Source: an uncultured Opitutales bacterium (GTDB taxonomy: Bacteria; Verrucomicrobiota; Verrucomicrobiia; Opitutales; UBA2995). From it: a DNA stretch of 64,000 nucleotides. A program made the position numbers and the translations under genes. The stretch covers positions 1,890 to 65,889 of the forward strand of contig CALJGU010000153.1 in NCBI GenBank assembly GCA_938075565.1. The letters are read 5' to 3'. This document shows, piece by piece, positions 26,173 through 36,468 of this stretch; position 1 is the first letter of the stretch; each line of letters opens with the position of its first letter. Below the pieces are notes generated by a model. It was not told where the DNA came from. It searched no databases and saw only the letters and a program-made list of their open reading frames with translations.

Positions 26173-28932
26173 TTATTTTCGAAATTCGAAGTCTTGCAGC
26201 TCTTCCTTGGGCTCTTCTTCGATTGCCTCGGGCTTTGAGTCGAACAGATTTAGTGGGCTGATGGCAAACCTCCACTCTGGTTTCTTCAGGGTTCCCTTTA
26301 GATTCACGGAAGCCATATGGCTGACTGGATCGAACAGGGGCATGATTATATCTGAAACCAAGGGAATATCGGTCTCCCGAAGGAGATACATTTGAACATG
26401 GAAGTCTAAGAGGGAACTGCCGGTATGATAGTCGCCGACTCCTTCCAAGCGTCCGGTTTTCCCTGTCAGTACCAGGTCTGGAAAAGTCATTTTGCCATCG
26501 TCCCAGGCAAAGTAGGACTTTGCTTCATTCAATTGCAGCTTGGTGAAGGGCAATAAACCGGAGAGAGGGCCAAAGAGTGGAATCCGTGCCAGATTCCCTT
26601 CGGTGATTTCTATTTCCCCTTTGGCCATGACTCGATCCAAGCCATAGCCGGCTGGCGATATCCCGTTCACATGGATCTGAAGTTTTCCTTCCAAAGGCTC
26701 TTGGCTCTTCTCGCTACTGGGCTCTGCTTCTTCACCTTCTTCAGTTTTCTTAACCGACGCGATGCGTTGGATCGATTCATCCAGATCGGCGTTTTCGATA
26801 TCAAAATCAAAAATAAGAAAGGACTGTTCTTCCTGTCTCAAAAAGGATGCTTGGCCCGAGCCGCTTCCACCAGCAAATCCAAATTGGACTTCATCCAACA
26901 AAGTGTCGCCTCGTTGGTAACGGCCTTGAACATCCAAGCTGTCGAATGGGAAATCATAGAGAGTCATTCCTTGGTCAGTATCGATTGAGAAGTCGATGTC
27001 CTGCCAATGGGAATCATTCTCGAAGTTGAACTCTCCCTTAACCGAGATGTTTGGGTTTCCATCCCAGGTATAGGGTTCGAGGATTCTTAATCCACTTTCA
27101 CCAAACAAGCTGAAGCTGGGCTCTAACTCGATGTTGGACTCTATATCCACGACGACGTTCTTGAGCTTACTTAAAACAAGCTGTCTTTGAAAACCTCCCG
27201 TAGCACTGCCTTCTGGTCTTTCGAGTTCGAGATCAAGCGCATCGATATAATTGGGCCGTATAAACATTTTCGAGGAAGCCCGATCGAAATGCATGCCTTT
27301 CAAATTGATGTTCTCAGCCTCTGCATATCCAAACAAGGTGAGCTGCTTTTTGAATTTAAATGCATTGCGGAGTGAGAGATCCAACCAGGGTAATTCGCCT
27401 TTGATATCCAGGTAGTCGAAGGTCTTTTTCCACCAATCGCGCCACCAGACATCGATGTCGTGAGGACGAAATCGACCGACCATTGCGAAGTGATAAAACG
27501 GGCTACTAAGATCTTGGCGAAAGCTACACAACAGGTCGTTCCCGTAACCCCCCGCTTCAAGTCGATAGACGTCTGCTTTGGTGCCTGTTAATGTGCCTCG
27601 TGCCTGCGCCCACTTGAACGGCGTCTTGATAATGTCTATATCGCGTGTTTCGACGCGGAATCGTGCGGTGGCCTCATCCAGATTACCGGGATAGTCGAAG
27701 TTGAGGTCCACGTAGAGTGGTTTGTACTGTTTGGACCATCGAAGTTTCCAGAGATGATCAAATTCAGGACGCGCAAATATCTCTTCCAGATTGAGGGATC
27801 CCGTTAAGCTTCCGGCTGCCCACTGTTCTTTCCAGTCTCCTGTGAGATCTGCTTCGAGGCTCCCGCCATAAAGTGAAGTGACCAATCGGCCTTCCGCGGA
27901 ATTTTGACTTAGTAGTTGCCCTTTGAATATGATGTGATCTACCGCGGTGCCCTGGATTTCAATGGGGCCCGTTGTTATGTCCGCCTCAAATGGAAACAAC
28001 GTATCCAGATTGAGGATCGGTTTATCTTTCCAGACAGAAAGAGTTAAGTCTGACGCGCTTAGTTGGTTGATTTTGTCTTCTACCGATGTGGCCTTTACCT
28101 GAATGGGCCCACGCATCTGAATTTCTGGAAATACTTGAATGAGTGATTGTTGACTGGCTTCCCTGATCGTAGGCAGACCCTCGTAGCTAAATGCATCTGC
28201 CATCAGAGTAGCCTCAACGACGAAGGTTTCTTTTCCTTCACTGCTGAGCCGAAAGTTTGCGCGTGGAGAATCCGCTCCCTGGAGGTTCTTTGAATAGTCC
28301 GAAAGAAACCGCGATAGTTGCAAATATTGGATATACAGTTCTGGGCGATCTTCCTTCTTTTCTTGGGGCTGGCTAAGCTTTGCTACGAGCGCGCTTAGAT
28401 CGCCATGTGCGGATAGGTTAAGCGTTTTGAATCGTCCGGTCAGGTAGTTAAGATTCCAAGTGCTCCATTTTCGTGTAAGCTCAAGATTGACGTCGCTGAT
28501 AAGGGTTTCAGTTGCTCCAGATCTTGAGACAACGGGAGGGCTGTAGAAACTGGTGCTACCAAGTCGAAGCAGGTCGAAGGGTGGTTTTCCGATGATAAGC
28601 GCAGCGTAGTTGATATCCAGATACAGTGACCCAATGTCCAAGGCAGGGCCCTCAAGATCGGTAAAGGCGACGCGAGCACTTTTAATGAAAACATTACCTC
28701 TGAAATCCAGGGCAATATTTTCGAAGTCGAGATCCAGCCCTTGTTTCTCGAATTCCGATTGGAGCTTACGTACCAGCTTATCGGGTACCGGGAGTTCCTC
28801 GTAGTATATGCTTAGCCCAAGCGCTGTTAGCAAAAGCATCAGACTAAAAATCAGGGAGATCATTACCAGATTTTGGCAATGAAGGTAACACCTAATCAGG
28901 AAGGAGCGCTGCTTCTTGGCAAGGTAAGACAT
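26173..28932 (-). CDS. AsmA/TamB-like envelope protein
   Basis: N-terminal TM, long beta-rich body, C-terminal G.GDY......LDFHV...VNLKGTLKKPEW typical of the AsmA-like C-terminal region. Confidence 0.7.
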   Translation of the reverse strand: MSYLAKKQRSFLIRCYLHCQNLVMISLIFSLMLLLTALGLSIYYEELPVPDKLVRKLQSEFEKQGLDLDFENIALDFRGNVFIKSARVAFTDLEGPALDIGSLYLDINYAALIIGKPPFDLLRLGSTSFYSPPVVSRSGATETLISDVNLELTRKWSTWNLNYLTGRFKTLNLSAHGDLSALVAKLSQPQEKKEDRPELYIQYLQLSRFLSDYSKNLQGADSPRANFRLSSEGKETFVVEATLMADAFSYEGLPTIREASQQSLIQVFPEIQMRGPIQVKATSVEDKINQLSASDLTLSVWKDKPILNLDTLFPFEADITTGPIEIQGTAVDHIIFKGQLLSQNSAEGRLVTSLYGGSLEADLTGDWKEQWAAGSLTGSLNLEEIFARPEFDHLWKLRWSKQYKPLYVDLNFDYPGNLDEATARFRVETRDIDIIKTPFKWAQARGTLTGTKADVYRLEAGGYGNDLLCSFRQDLSSPFYHFAMVGRFRPHDIDVWWRDWWKKTFDYLDIKGELPWLDLSLRNAFKFKKQLTLFGYAEAENINLKGMHFDRASSKMFIRPNYIDALDLELERPEGSATGGFQRQLVLSKLKNVVVDIESNIELEPSFSLFGESGLRILEPYTWDGNPNISVKGEFNFENDSHWQDIDFSIDTDQGMTLYDFPFDSLDVQGRYQRGDTLLDEVQFGFAGGSGSGQASFLRQEEQSFLIFDFDIENADLDESIQRIASVKKTEEGEEAEPSSEKSQEPLEGKLQIHVNGISPAGYGLDRVMAKGEIEITEGNLARIPLFGPLSGLLPFTKLQLNEAKSYFAWDDGKMTFPDLVLTGKTGRLEGVGDYHTGSSLLDFHVQMYLLRETDIPLVSDIIMPLFDPVSHMASVNLKGTLKKPEWRFAISPLNLFDSKPEAIEEEPKEELQDFEFRK

Positions 28933-28985
28933 CTGAAGCTAAGCTATGGTGTTTTGCTGATTTTGAATGCTAGTAAGGGAGAAAA

Positions 28986-30890
28986 CTAGGGCGAAGGTTC
29001 GACCGGACTCACCTCATCCTGTTGGGGTGTTGTTTCTGGCGGCGCTGTAGGTTCGGGCTCTGGGCCGGGATCGAATCTTGTAAAGCTTAGTTTGAAGAAG
29101 GCATCGATAAATTTCTGAGTGGTATAAAACACATGTCCACCCGCCTCCATTCCGGCGATGGCATTGGTGCCCGTCAGTCGTTCGGTTACCCAGAGTGGTG
29201 TTGTCCAGGCAGGTGTTTCCGTGTTGTCCGACGACTCGAAGAGAAGATCGAGCCGGAACTTCCATGGCACATTCCCGAATTCCTCTTCGATAAATTCACG
29301 AGCTTCAATCTGATTGGATTGTTCTACGAGCGAAAGCAGGCTTTCTTTGCCTTCATCGTCTAATTCATCGGCTTCTGCAATGGCCTCCCAGGTGTGGGTG
29401 ACTTCATTCAGAACGGCATTGTAAACGATACGATCCGTCTCTGTATACGAAATGGTAATGCCTACGAGTTTCGCGTTTGCCGGTTCCTCGTGCAGGAGCC
29501 TGAGGCGGTAATTAAAAGGGCGTGTATGGAAGTCGGCTAGTATTGAAGTATCCACTTCGTAAATAAACGGATCTTTCTCTAACTTGGCATAAGCGTGCCG
29601 AGCATTACCTTCGACCAGATCGCCAATGATTAGCGTTAGTGGTGTATCCCCTTTCAGCTGCACGATGCGCTGAGGATCGGTAAATCCATAGTTTTCCAGA
29701 TCTGCATTCGAAGGAGCATCGGAGACGAAGTTTTGTGCTCTGAGAAGAAACAAGCTGCCGACTAACTCTGCCAAGATCTTAGTGTCTGCCGGACTTGCTG
29801 CGATGTTTCCGTCGTCATCGCGACTTAAGACCTGCCAAGCACCGGTCTCTAATTTTTGCAAGGAGACCGAACGGTTGGACTGGGAAATTTCCATGGTGCT
29901 CAGGGAATTCGGTTCAAACTCCACAAATCGACGATCTCTCAGAGCTTCTTGTGCGTTGTTGAGACGTTGGTCAAACAGGAGCCCAGGAATGGTAAATACC
30001 GTATCGCTTTCGCTGCCTTTGGCGTAGTACAAACGGTCACCTTCCGGAGTAATTATCTCATTCCCAATTTCGATGGTTTGGCGTTTGTCTTCGGCCTCGA
30101 GGGTCAAACGCGTTTGCGGATTCTCCAATCCATATTCGCCGAGATCTGGACCTGCATCAGTGATAAACTCCTGTACGTTTAGGCTGTTGAGCCCATTAAT
30201 CACTGTTTCAACCTCTGCTCGGTCGGCCCTTGTTTGGAATGGAATTTCAAAGCGCCAATCTTCTGCGCTACGAGATATGCGGATGCGTAACGGAGTAGGG
30301 AAGGACTTGTTCAAACTGAGTGTCTGAACCTCGAAAAGAGGAATATCGAAGACTGATTGGCTACGTAGGTTACTCAAATTGACAAGCAAGCTGTCGAAGA
30401 GATCGCGTTTGATAACCATGATTTCCTCCCGATCAGGAGATAAAATGTAGACGCGATTCCCTATCTCGGTGGCGGAGCCTATTTCGATGGAGGTTCGTTT
30501 GATGTCCTTGCCGAATTCCAGTTTCATTTGAGGATTATCCAATCCGTAACTGGATAAGTCGCGGCCCGCGGCTTCGATTTCTTTGACGTCAAAACTGGTC
30601 TCCCTTTCCAGGAAAGTAATTTGGTGGAGAATGCGACTGACTGCAAAGAAGTTGGCCGGCCATTCATACGGAGACGTGAGGTTCCAATTGTTTTCCACCT
30701 TCCGAAGTACTCGGTCGGGGCCCAGATTTTCACCTGAGATCCGGATGTAGTCGATATCGACGGCTTCAGCGCCAAATATTTTGCGACCATCGAGTTCGTC
30801 GGGTGCGCGGCCTCCTTTTTCAAACAAGTAAAATACCGCAAACACGACCAGGTTAAGCAGGATGAGGATAACGGTGAGCTGTTTTCTCAT
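28986..30890 (-). CDS. DUF4340 domain protein (repeated)
   Basis: N-terminal TM; three repeats of the LS.YGL..P...L / IG pattern. Confidence 0.85.
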   Translation of the reverse strand: MRKQLTVILILLNLVVFAVFYLFEKGGRAPDELDGRKIFGAEAVDIDYIRISGENLGPDRVLRKVENNWNLTSPYEWPANFFAVSRILHQITFLERETSFDVKEIEAAGRDLSSYGLDNPQMKLEFGKDIKRTSIEIGSATEIGNRVYILSPDREEIMVIKRDLFDSLLVNLSNLRSQSVFDIPLFEVQTLSLNKSFPTPLRIRISRSAEDWRFEIPFQTRADRAEVETVINGLNSLNVQEFITDAGPDLGEYGLENPQTRLTLEAEDKRQTIEIGNEIITPEGDRLYYAKGSESDTVFTIPGLLFDQRLNNAQEALRDRRFVEFEPNSLSTMEISQSNRSVSLQKLETGAWQVLSRDDDGNIAASPADTKILAELVGSLFLLRAQNFVSDAPSNADLENYGFTDPQRIVQLKGDTPLTLIIGDLVEGNARHAYAKLEKDPFIYEVDTSILADFHTRPFNYRLRLLHEEPANAKLVGITISYTETDRIVYNAVLNEVTHTWEAIAEADELDDEGKESLLSLVEQSNQIEAREFIEEEFGNVPWKFRLDLLFESSDNTETPAWTTPLWVTERLTGTNAIAGMEAGGHVFYTTQKFIDAFFKLSFTRFDPGPEPEPTAPPETTPQQDEVSPVEPSP

Positions 30891-30907
30891 GATTCGTGAC
30901 GGTAAAA

Positions 30908-32392
30908 TTAACTTCTACGGAGCCAGTAGATAAAGGTTCCAAATATGGCACTGCAACCAGGCAGTAAAAACCAGAGGGCCAGTCGTAGCTTTTTCATTTC
31001 TTGCTGGCTAAGAGTGATGTGTAACCGGTCGATGGGCCTGGGTGCGATTGACAATAAGTTATTCCTATCCAGTGCCCAGTTAAAGGTATTCAGAATAAGG
31101 GTAAGATTTCCCAATACGTTGAGGCGGCTATTTGTAATGAGATTGGACGTGCCAAACACCACCATCCGGCCACCTGGAATGTCGATTCCTAGATCTGAGG
31201 AGATCGAACGTTCAGAGACCACTGCGATACTAACTGGGCCCTTCAAGTCTACTTCTTCATTATACCCAATTTCATTCTCGTCGCGGTAGAAGCGTTCCCC
31301 CCAGCTCGATTCGGAGCCACCGACTATCGGAAGGACAGACAGCCTGTCATCCAATGGTGCACCGATGTCCGCTCGAACAGGTCTGGAAAATCCAACTACA
31401 ACGGACTGACTGTTTTTCGCCATGGATTCTGTAATCGGATGGTCAGAATCAAAACGCCGCAGGAGTAAGTCACCGCCGTTCATCATAAAATCCGGTCCAC
31501 TGTCCAGAACCACCATGTCCTCAGCCAGAACTCCCCATTGGTAGAACAAATCGCCCAGGTTGTTGTTGATACCCGGATCGATCATTATGACTAAACGGCC
31601 TGCATTCTCTGCCAGGTAATCTTTAAGAATAGTTACCTCTCTCGCTAATAGGGGTTGTTGAGGGCCAGCTAACACGAGCAAGTCTGCATCTTCAGGAATA
31701 CTCGAATTGGCTGGTGTCAGGTCCAGGGTGCCGATTGTGAAATTTCGCTGACGCAACTCTTCGGTCAATTGGGACAACCCTGAAATGGGATCCACGTTCG
31801 CGATATCCAGTTCGCCGTGCCCTTTCACAAAGTAGATGGTAGTATTTTGCGGGCTACTTACATCCAGCAATGCCGAGGTAAACACCTGCTCTCCGCGAAA
31901 TGCCGTCTTCTCCATCTCCTCCATTTTGTAAATTTCGTCGGGGGTAATGATGCGGTGTTTATTCTCGGAGGCGAAAATGATTAAGTTAGGTTGATTGATG
32001 CCAAACTCATCTGCCAATTGTTGGGCTAGCAGAGTCTGCTGAAACACATTTACAAATTCGGCCTCGATGGGCCCTTTCCCAGCTCTTTGGGCTTCGTAGG
32101 CGTACTCTTTAACCAGGTTCTCTACATCATGATAATAGGACTCCAGTTCAGAGCTGCTCTCGCTGGTGCTTCGAGTAACGATAATACGAATAGGCTCATT
32201 CAGCTCCTCAATATAAGAAATCGTTTCCGGCGAGAGAGAGAACATCCGGTTTTCCGTGAGATCGAAACGCTTAAAGTGGGTCAACGACAGGGTGTTGAGT
32301 CCGATAAAGAAACTGCAAACCAGCAAAAACTGAAAGATCGAATGACTGGTGTTTATCCAGCGACTGACTTTAAAATCTTCGAATTTTGACAT
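30908..32392 (-). CDS. GldG-like ABC auxiliary component
   Basis: RFDLTENRMFSLSPET, IYFVKGHGE, LAGPQQPL, GRMVVFG, NTFNW. Confidence 0.85.
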   Translation of the reverse strand: MSKFEDFKVSRWINTSHSIFQFLLVCSFFIGLNTLSLTHFKRFDLTENRMFSLSPETISYIEELNEPIRIIVTRSTSESSSELESYYHDVENLVKEYAYEAQRAGKGPIEAEFVNVFQQTLLAQQLADEFGINQPNLIIFASENKHRIITPDEIYKMEEMEKTAFRGEQVFTSALLDVSSPQNTTIYFVKGHGELDIANVDPISGLSQLTEELRQRNFTIGTLDLTPANSSIPEDADLLVLAGPQQPLLAREVTILKDYLAENAGRLVIMIDPGINNNLGDLFYQWGVLAEDMVVLDSGPDFMMNGGDLLLRRFDSDHPITESMAKNSQSVVVGFSRPVRADIGAPLDDRLSVLPIVGGSESSWGERFYRDENEIGYNEEVDLKGPVSIAVVSERSISSDLGIDIPGGRMVVFGTSNLITNSRLNVLGNLTLILNTFNWALDRNNLLSIAPRPIDRLHITLSQQEMKKLRLALWFLLPGCSAIFGTFIYWLRRS

Positions 32393-32401
32393 GGTTCGTG
32401 A

Positions 32402-33154
32402 TTACCTTTTGTGGTCAACGGCCAACACCGCTAAGCTAAGCATGAGCAATGTTCCGCTACCGTAAAAAACGATTGGACGAGTATCAACCACTCCTCTGCT
32501 GAAATCTCTTACATGATCAAACATGTGAAGGTATTCGATGATGACGCGCAACGTATCGAATTCATTGAGACGCTCAGCAGCGGCAGTATTGAGTGTGTTA
32601 GTGCCGAAAATAAATCCAAACAATAGCGTGAAGGTGAAAATGCCTGCGACTAACTGGCTCCGTGTCATCGAGCTGGCGAAGATGCCCACAGAGACAAACA
32701 TTAGGCCACTGATACAGATAAAAAAGTAACCACCAATTAGGCTCGCCTGGTCTATGATTCGATCGTCTGGGAAATAGTAATAGGTGATGGCCGGATAGGC
32801 CAATGTAAGGAGGTAGAGGCCGGTGTAGAAAAAGTATGCAGCTGCAAATTTAGCAGCTACCAGTTCGATCGAATTGATGGGTGTTGTGAGCAAGCTGTCC
32901 ATCAAACCCAAACGCCGTTCTTCAGCTATACTGCGCATCGTAAACAGTGGCACGATGAACAAGGCTGGGAAAAAGAACATGTTGAGAAACAGGTTCGACG
33001 GAAGCATCTCATGAGGAGCTCGGTTATAATCTTCGAGCACCCATTGATATAGAAAGCCCATTACCAACAGAAAAAAGAACGAAGCCAGGTAGGTGGAAGG
33101 GCTCAAGAGAACTCCTCTTAGTTCGTGCCTCAAAAGGATTATGAAATGTCTCAC
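32402..33154 (-). CDS. GldF-like ABC-2 permease
   Basis: PLFTMRSIAEERRLG....LLTTP......AAKF, SSMTRSQLVA, FSRGVVD. Confidence 0.88.
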   Translation of the reverse strand: MRHFIILLRHELRGVLLSPSTYLASFFFLLVMGFLYQWVLEDYNRAPHEMLPSNLFLNMFFFPALFIVPLFTMRSIAEERRLGLMDSLLTTPINSIELVAAKFAAAYFFYTGLYLLTLAYPAITYYYFPDDRIIDQASLIGGYFFICISGLMFVSVGIFASSMTRSQLVAGIFTFTLLFGFIFGTNTLNTAAAERLNEFDTLRVIIEYLHMFDHVRDFSRGVVDTRPIVFYGSGTLLMLSLAVLAVDHKR

Positions 33155-33157
33155 AGC

Positions 33158-34258
33158 TTAAGCCTCCTCCTTTGTTTCTTGGTCGCTTTCATTTGAGACT
33201 TCCTCTTCTTCCTGCTCTTCCTCATCTTCGATTACATCGTATGGTTTCCTGAAGGGAGTGGCTGTCAATCGATCTGGATCTTCCTCATTCACCTCCCATG
33301 AGCGCTTCGTAGCTGCTAGGAAAATGTCTTCCAAGGTTGCTTCCTGGCAATGCAGGGAACGCAGCTTGAAATTGGGTAGATTCGACAAATGTTTGATCAA
33401 TTTTTCTCCTACCTTGGGATCGGAAGGTCCAGCTAGGGTGACTCGATTCAGGTCAGAGCCGGAAAAAGACTCATTCGAAAGAATGGCCAATTTGGAACTC
33501 ACATACTTAATCTCTGGTTCCAGCGATTCCGATGATCCAGCGATTTCCAAATGATAGGTACTTTCAGGGAGGAATTCTTTTCTTAACTCCTCTGGAGTGC
33601 CGGAAGCGACTACATAGCCACGATTTATAATGATCACTCTATCGCAGGTCAGTTCGATCTCAGGGAGGATGTGGCTGGAAATAATAACACTCATGCGGCT
33701 TTTGAGGGTCCCTATGAGCTCGCGGATCTTAATGATCTGGTGTGGATCGAGACCAATGGTCGGCTCATCCATGATGATCACTTCGGGTTCAGATAGGATA
33801 GCCTCTGCAATGCCGATACGCTGGCGGTAACCCTTGGAGAGACCCCCAATAACACGGCGGCGAGCGCGCGTAAGGTCACAGAGTTCAAGGACGTATTCGA
33901 TCCGTTTGCGAAGCTTGCGGCCTGAAACACCCTTGAGTCTTCCGCGAAATTTTAAGTACTCAGTCACCCGCATTTCCCCTGGCAGAGGATTGTTTTCCGG
34001 CATGTAACCGATCTTGCCTTTTATCTCTTCTGGGTGGGTGGCGACTGGGATTCCACAGATGTAGGCCCTGCCACTATTAGCGGTAACCAGACCCGAAAGG
34101 ATTTTCATCGTCGTGCTCTTACCGGCACCGTTGGGGCCCAGGAAGCCAACAATTTCCCCTTTCTTCAATGAGAAGGAGATATCCTGAATGGCCGTTATGC
34201 GGCCGTATTGTTTGGTAAGGTTGTTAACCTCTATGCTGTATTCGACGGAGTCTTCCAT
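33158..34258 (-). CDS. GldA-like ABC ATP-binding protein
   Basis: GPNGAGKSTT, LSKGYRQRIG, MDEPTIGLDP, SSHIL. Confidence 0.92.
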   Translation of the reverse strand: MEDSVEYSIEVNNLTKQYGRITAIQDISFSLKKGEIVGFLGPNGAGKSTTMKILSGLVTANSGRAYICGIPVATHPEEIKGKIGYMPENNPLPGEMRVTEYLKFRGRLKGVSGRKLRKRIEYVLELCDLTRARRRVIGGLSKGYRQRIGIAEAILSEPEVIIMDEPTIGLDPHQIIKIRELIGTLKSRMSVIISSHILPEIELTCDRVIIINRGYVVASGTPEELRKEFLPESTYHLEIAGSSESLEPEIKYVSSKLAILSNESFSGSDLNRVTLAGPSDPKVGEKLIKHLSNLPNFKLRSLHCQEATLEDIFLAATKRSWEVNEEDPDRLTATPFRKPYDVIEDEEEQEEEEVSNESDQETKEEA

Positions 34259-34331
34259 CAGGATAAGAAAAGCTAAGAGAAGGCAGGCATCTCGCGTTTT
34301 GCAATGGCGATTTTATATGGTATCAGAACTT

Positions 34332-35327
34332 TTACCTGTGCTTGATGTGAACCTCGCCTGAGTTAAGGGTGGTTATTGTGCCCTCCTCGGTTTTCAGGAT
34401 CAGTGATCCTCGGTTGTCTAGCCCACTGGCTATGCCTTGGAGATTGCCATTGCGGGTTTCGGCTTCGATGAGTTGTCCTTTCAAAATATCAAATTCGGGC
34501 CACATGTCTTCAAAAGTGCTGCGGATGTTGCCAGCCAGGAAGGCCTGATAGCCGTTGTAAATGGCCTCAATCAAGAGAGCCGCGGTTTTATTTAGGTCCT
34601 GTTCCTCTCCACAGAGTTCCCTCAAACTAGTTGCGGAACCCTTCAATTCCTTGGGCCAATCGTGTTGGGTTTGGTTCACATTGAGGCCGATTCCGAAGAC
34701 CAATTCTCTCAATGAATCTGCATCTACGCGGGCTTCGGTAAGCATTCCTCCCAGTTTCTTGCCATCGAAAAACAGATCATTGGGCCATTTGACTCCGACC
34801 ATCATGCCGAGTTTATCCCATAGATGCCGGGCTACATAGACCCCCATCCACAAGGTGAATAGCTGCATTCGATTCGGTTGAACGTAGGGCCGGCTGCCAA
34901 AACTCATATAGAGATTGCTCGATGGTGGGCTGTGCCAGGTTCGTCCCATTCGCCCTCGGCCAAGGGTCTGTTGATTGGATATTACTAGGAAGGGCGCCTC
35001 GTAATCATTGGCCAATAGTCGACTTGCGTGGTCATTGGTGCTGTCGATCGTGGCCAGGAAAAGCAGTTCTGGGCTATCTTCGGACTCTTTCAGGTAAGCT
35101 CGCGTTAATAGAGCATTCAGAGAATCCGGCTTTTTGCTGATCCGGTATCCCTTGCGGCGAATAGCTTCGAATTCAAAGCCTTGGCTTCTCAACTGCTCCA
35201 TACGTCCCCACACGCTGACGCGACTCACCCCCAACTGCTCCGCAAGTGCGTTGCCCGAGACAAAGCCATCTTTCGCTTCCAGGAGCGCTTTCAATATGAT
35301 GAGGGAGTGATCTTCTGAGTGGGACAT
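34332..35327 (-). CDS. birA: Bifunctional biotin ligase/repressor (group II BirA)
   Basis: N-terminal HTH (FVSGNALAEQLGVSRVSVW), IDSTN, QTLGRGRMGR.W.SP, KWPND...GKKLGGMLTE, GIGLNV. Confidence 0.95.
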   Translation of the reverse strand: MSHSEDHSLIILKALLEAKDGFVSGNALAEQLGVSRVSVWGRMEQLRSQGFEFEAIRRKGYRISKKPDSLNALLTRAYLKESEDSPELLFLATIDSTNDHASRLLANDYEAPFLVISNQQTLGRGRMGRTWHSPPSSNLYMSFGSRPYVQPNRMQLFTLWMGVYVARHLWDKLGMMVGVKWPNDLFFDGKKLGGMLTEARVDADSLRELVFGIGLNVNQTQHDWPKELKGSATSLRELCGEEQDLNKTAALLIEAIYNGYQAFLAGNIRSTFEDMWPEFDILKGQLIEAETRNGNLQGIASGLDNRGSLILKTEEGTITTLNSGEVHIKHR

Positions 35328-35336
35328 GTGTCTATA

Positions 35337-36260
35337 TTACTTCCAATCCAAGCCTATGTCTTTCCATACCGACTTATGGACCAAGGCACCGGTGGATACG
35401 AAATCCAAGCCAATCTCGGCAATTTCATGCAAGTTTGTCAGGGTAATGTTCCCAGTTGCTTCCGTACAGGCTCGATTGCCGATAATATCCACGGCCGCTT
35501 GCAGGTCAGAAAGGTGGAAATTATCCAACATCAACTTGTCTGGCCCAGCCGCTAATACCGCCGGGATCTGTTCTAGGTGATCAACTTCTACTTCAATGAG
35601 CAGGTCAGGGTTTAGATCCCGAGCTCGTTGCACCAGATCAGTCAGAGACTGTCCCGCTTGAGCTTGGTCAGCCGCCAGGTGATTGTCCTTCAGCATGACC
35701 CGGTCGAACAATCCGAGTCGGTGATTCCAGCCGCCACCACAAGCCACGGCGTATTTTTGCAACATGCGGTACCCTGGGGTGGTTTTGCGAGTATCGAGGA
35801 GTTTGGTAGATGCCCCGCCCAACGCATTGGCATATTTGGAAGTCTCTGAAGCTACTCCTGAGAGAAATTGTAAAAAGTTGAGCAGTACGCGCTCAGCCAT
35901 GAGCAATGCCGAAATGGGGCCTGTTATCTCACCTATGGATTCACCAGCCACCAAGCTGGCTCCATCTTCAGTATGGGTTGTGAAAGCCAATTGTGCGTCG
36001 TAAGCCTCCAGGACCAAAGTCACCAATGGCAGACCACAGAGGACGAGATCTTCCCGCGCATGCAGGGCAGCACTACCTGTGCCGGTCTGATTGAGTACGG
36101 ACGAGGTGACGTCCTGTGGATTTGCGTTTGAATCCCGCAAACCAGCGCCTTTGAGGTCCTCGTCTTTCGCCAACGCGACCAACCCCTTCAAATATGTAGG
36201 GGATAAATCTTCCGCAGCAACCCGGTGTAAAAACCGTTGAATACGCTCCTCATTGTTCAC
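35337..36260 (-). CDS. nadC: Quinolinate phosphoribosyltransferase
   Basis: AERVLLNFLQ, DTRKTTPG, HRLGLFD.VMLKDNH, EVEVD, MLDNF, EATG. Confidence 0.96.
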   Translation of the reverse strand: MNNEERIQRFLHRVAAEDLSPTYLKGLVALAKDEDLKGAGLRDSNANPQDVTSSVLNQTGTGSAALHAREDLVLCGLPLVTLVLEAYDAQLAFTTHTEDGASLVAGESIGEITGPISALLMAERVLLNFLQFLSGVASETSKYANALGGASTKLLDTRKTTPGYRMLQKYAVACGGGWNHRLGLFDRVMLKDNHLAADQAQAGQSLTDLVQRARDLNPDLLIEVEVDHLEQIPAVLAAGPDKLMLDNFHLSDLQAAVDIIGNRACTEATGNITLTNLHEIAEIGLDFVSTGALVHKSVWKDIGLDWK

Positions 36261-36468
36261 GGGAGTACCTTAAAGCTGATACCTTGGAAGCTCACAAGCT
36301 TTAAGCCTGCAGCATTCCGGCAAAACGAGCTTAGATTTCGATCTGCTTCCCAATTGCTGTATGGAAATGAATTGCCAAGTAGCTGTTTGAGCGTCAATAC
36401 CCCCGACCTTTTGCGTAACAGGGTTAAAACACCTTCAAGTTTTCGGCCCGTAAAAGCCTACTTTTCAC

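Noticed and set aside
30908-34258. Gliding-motility function for the GldA/F/G-like ABC
   Set aside because: These families are widespread outside Bacteroidota, and no T9SS or gliding motor genes are present here.
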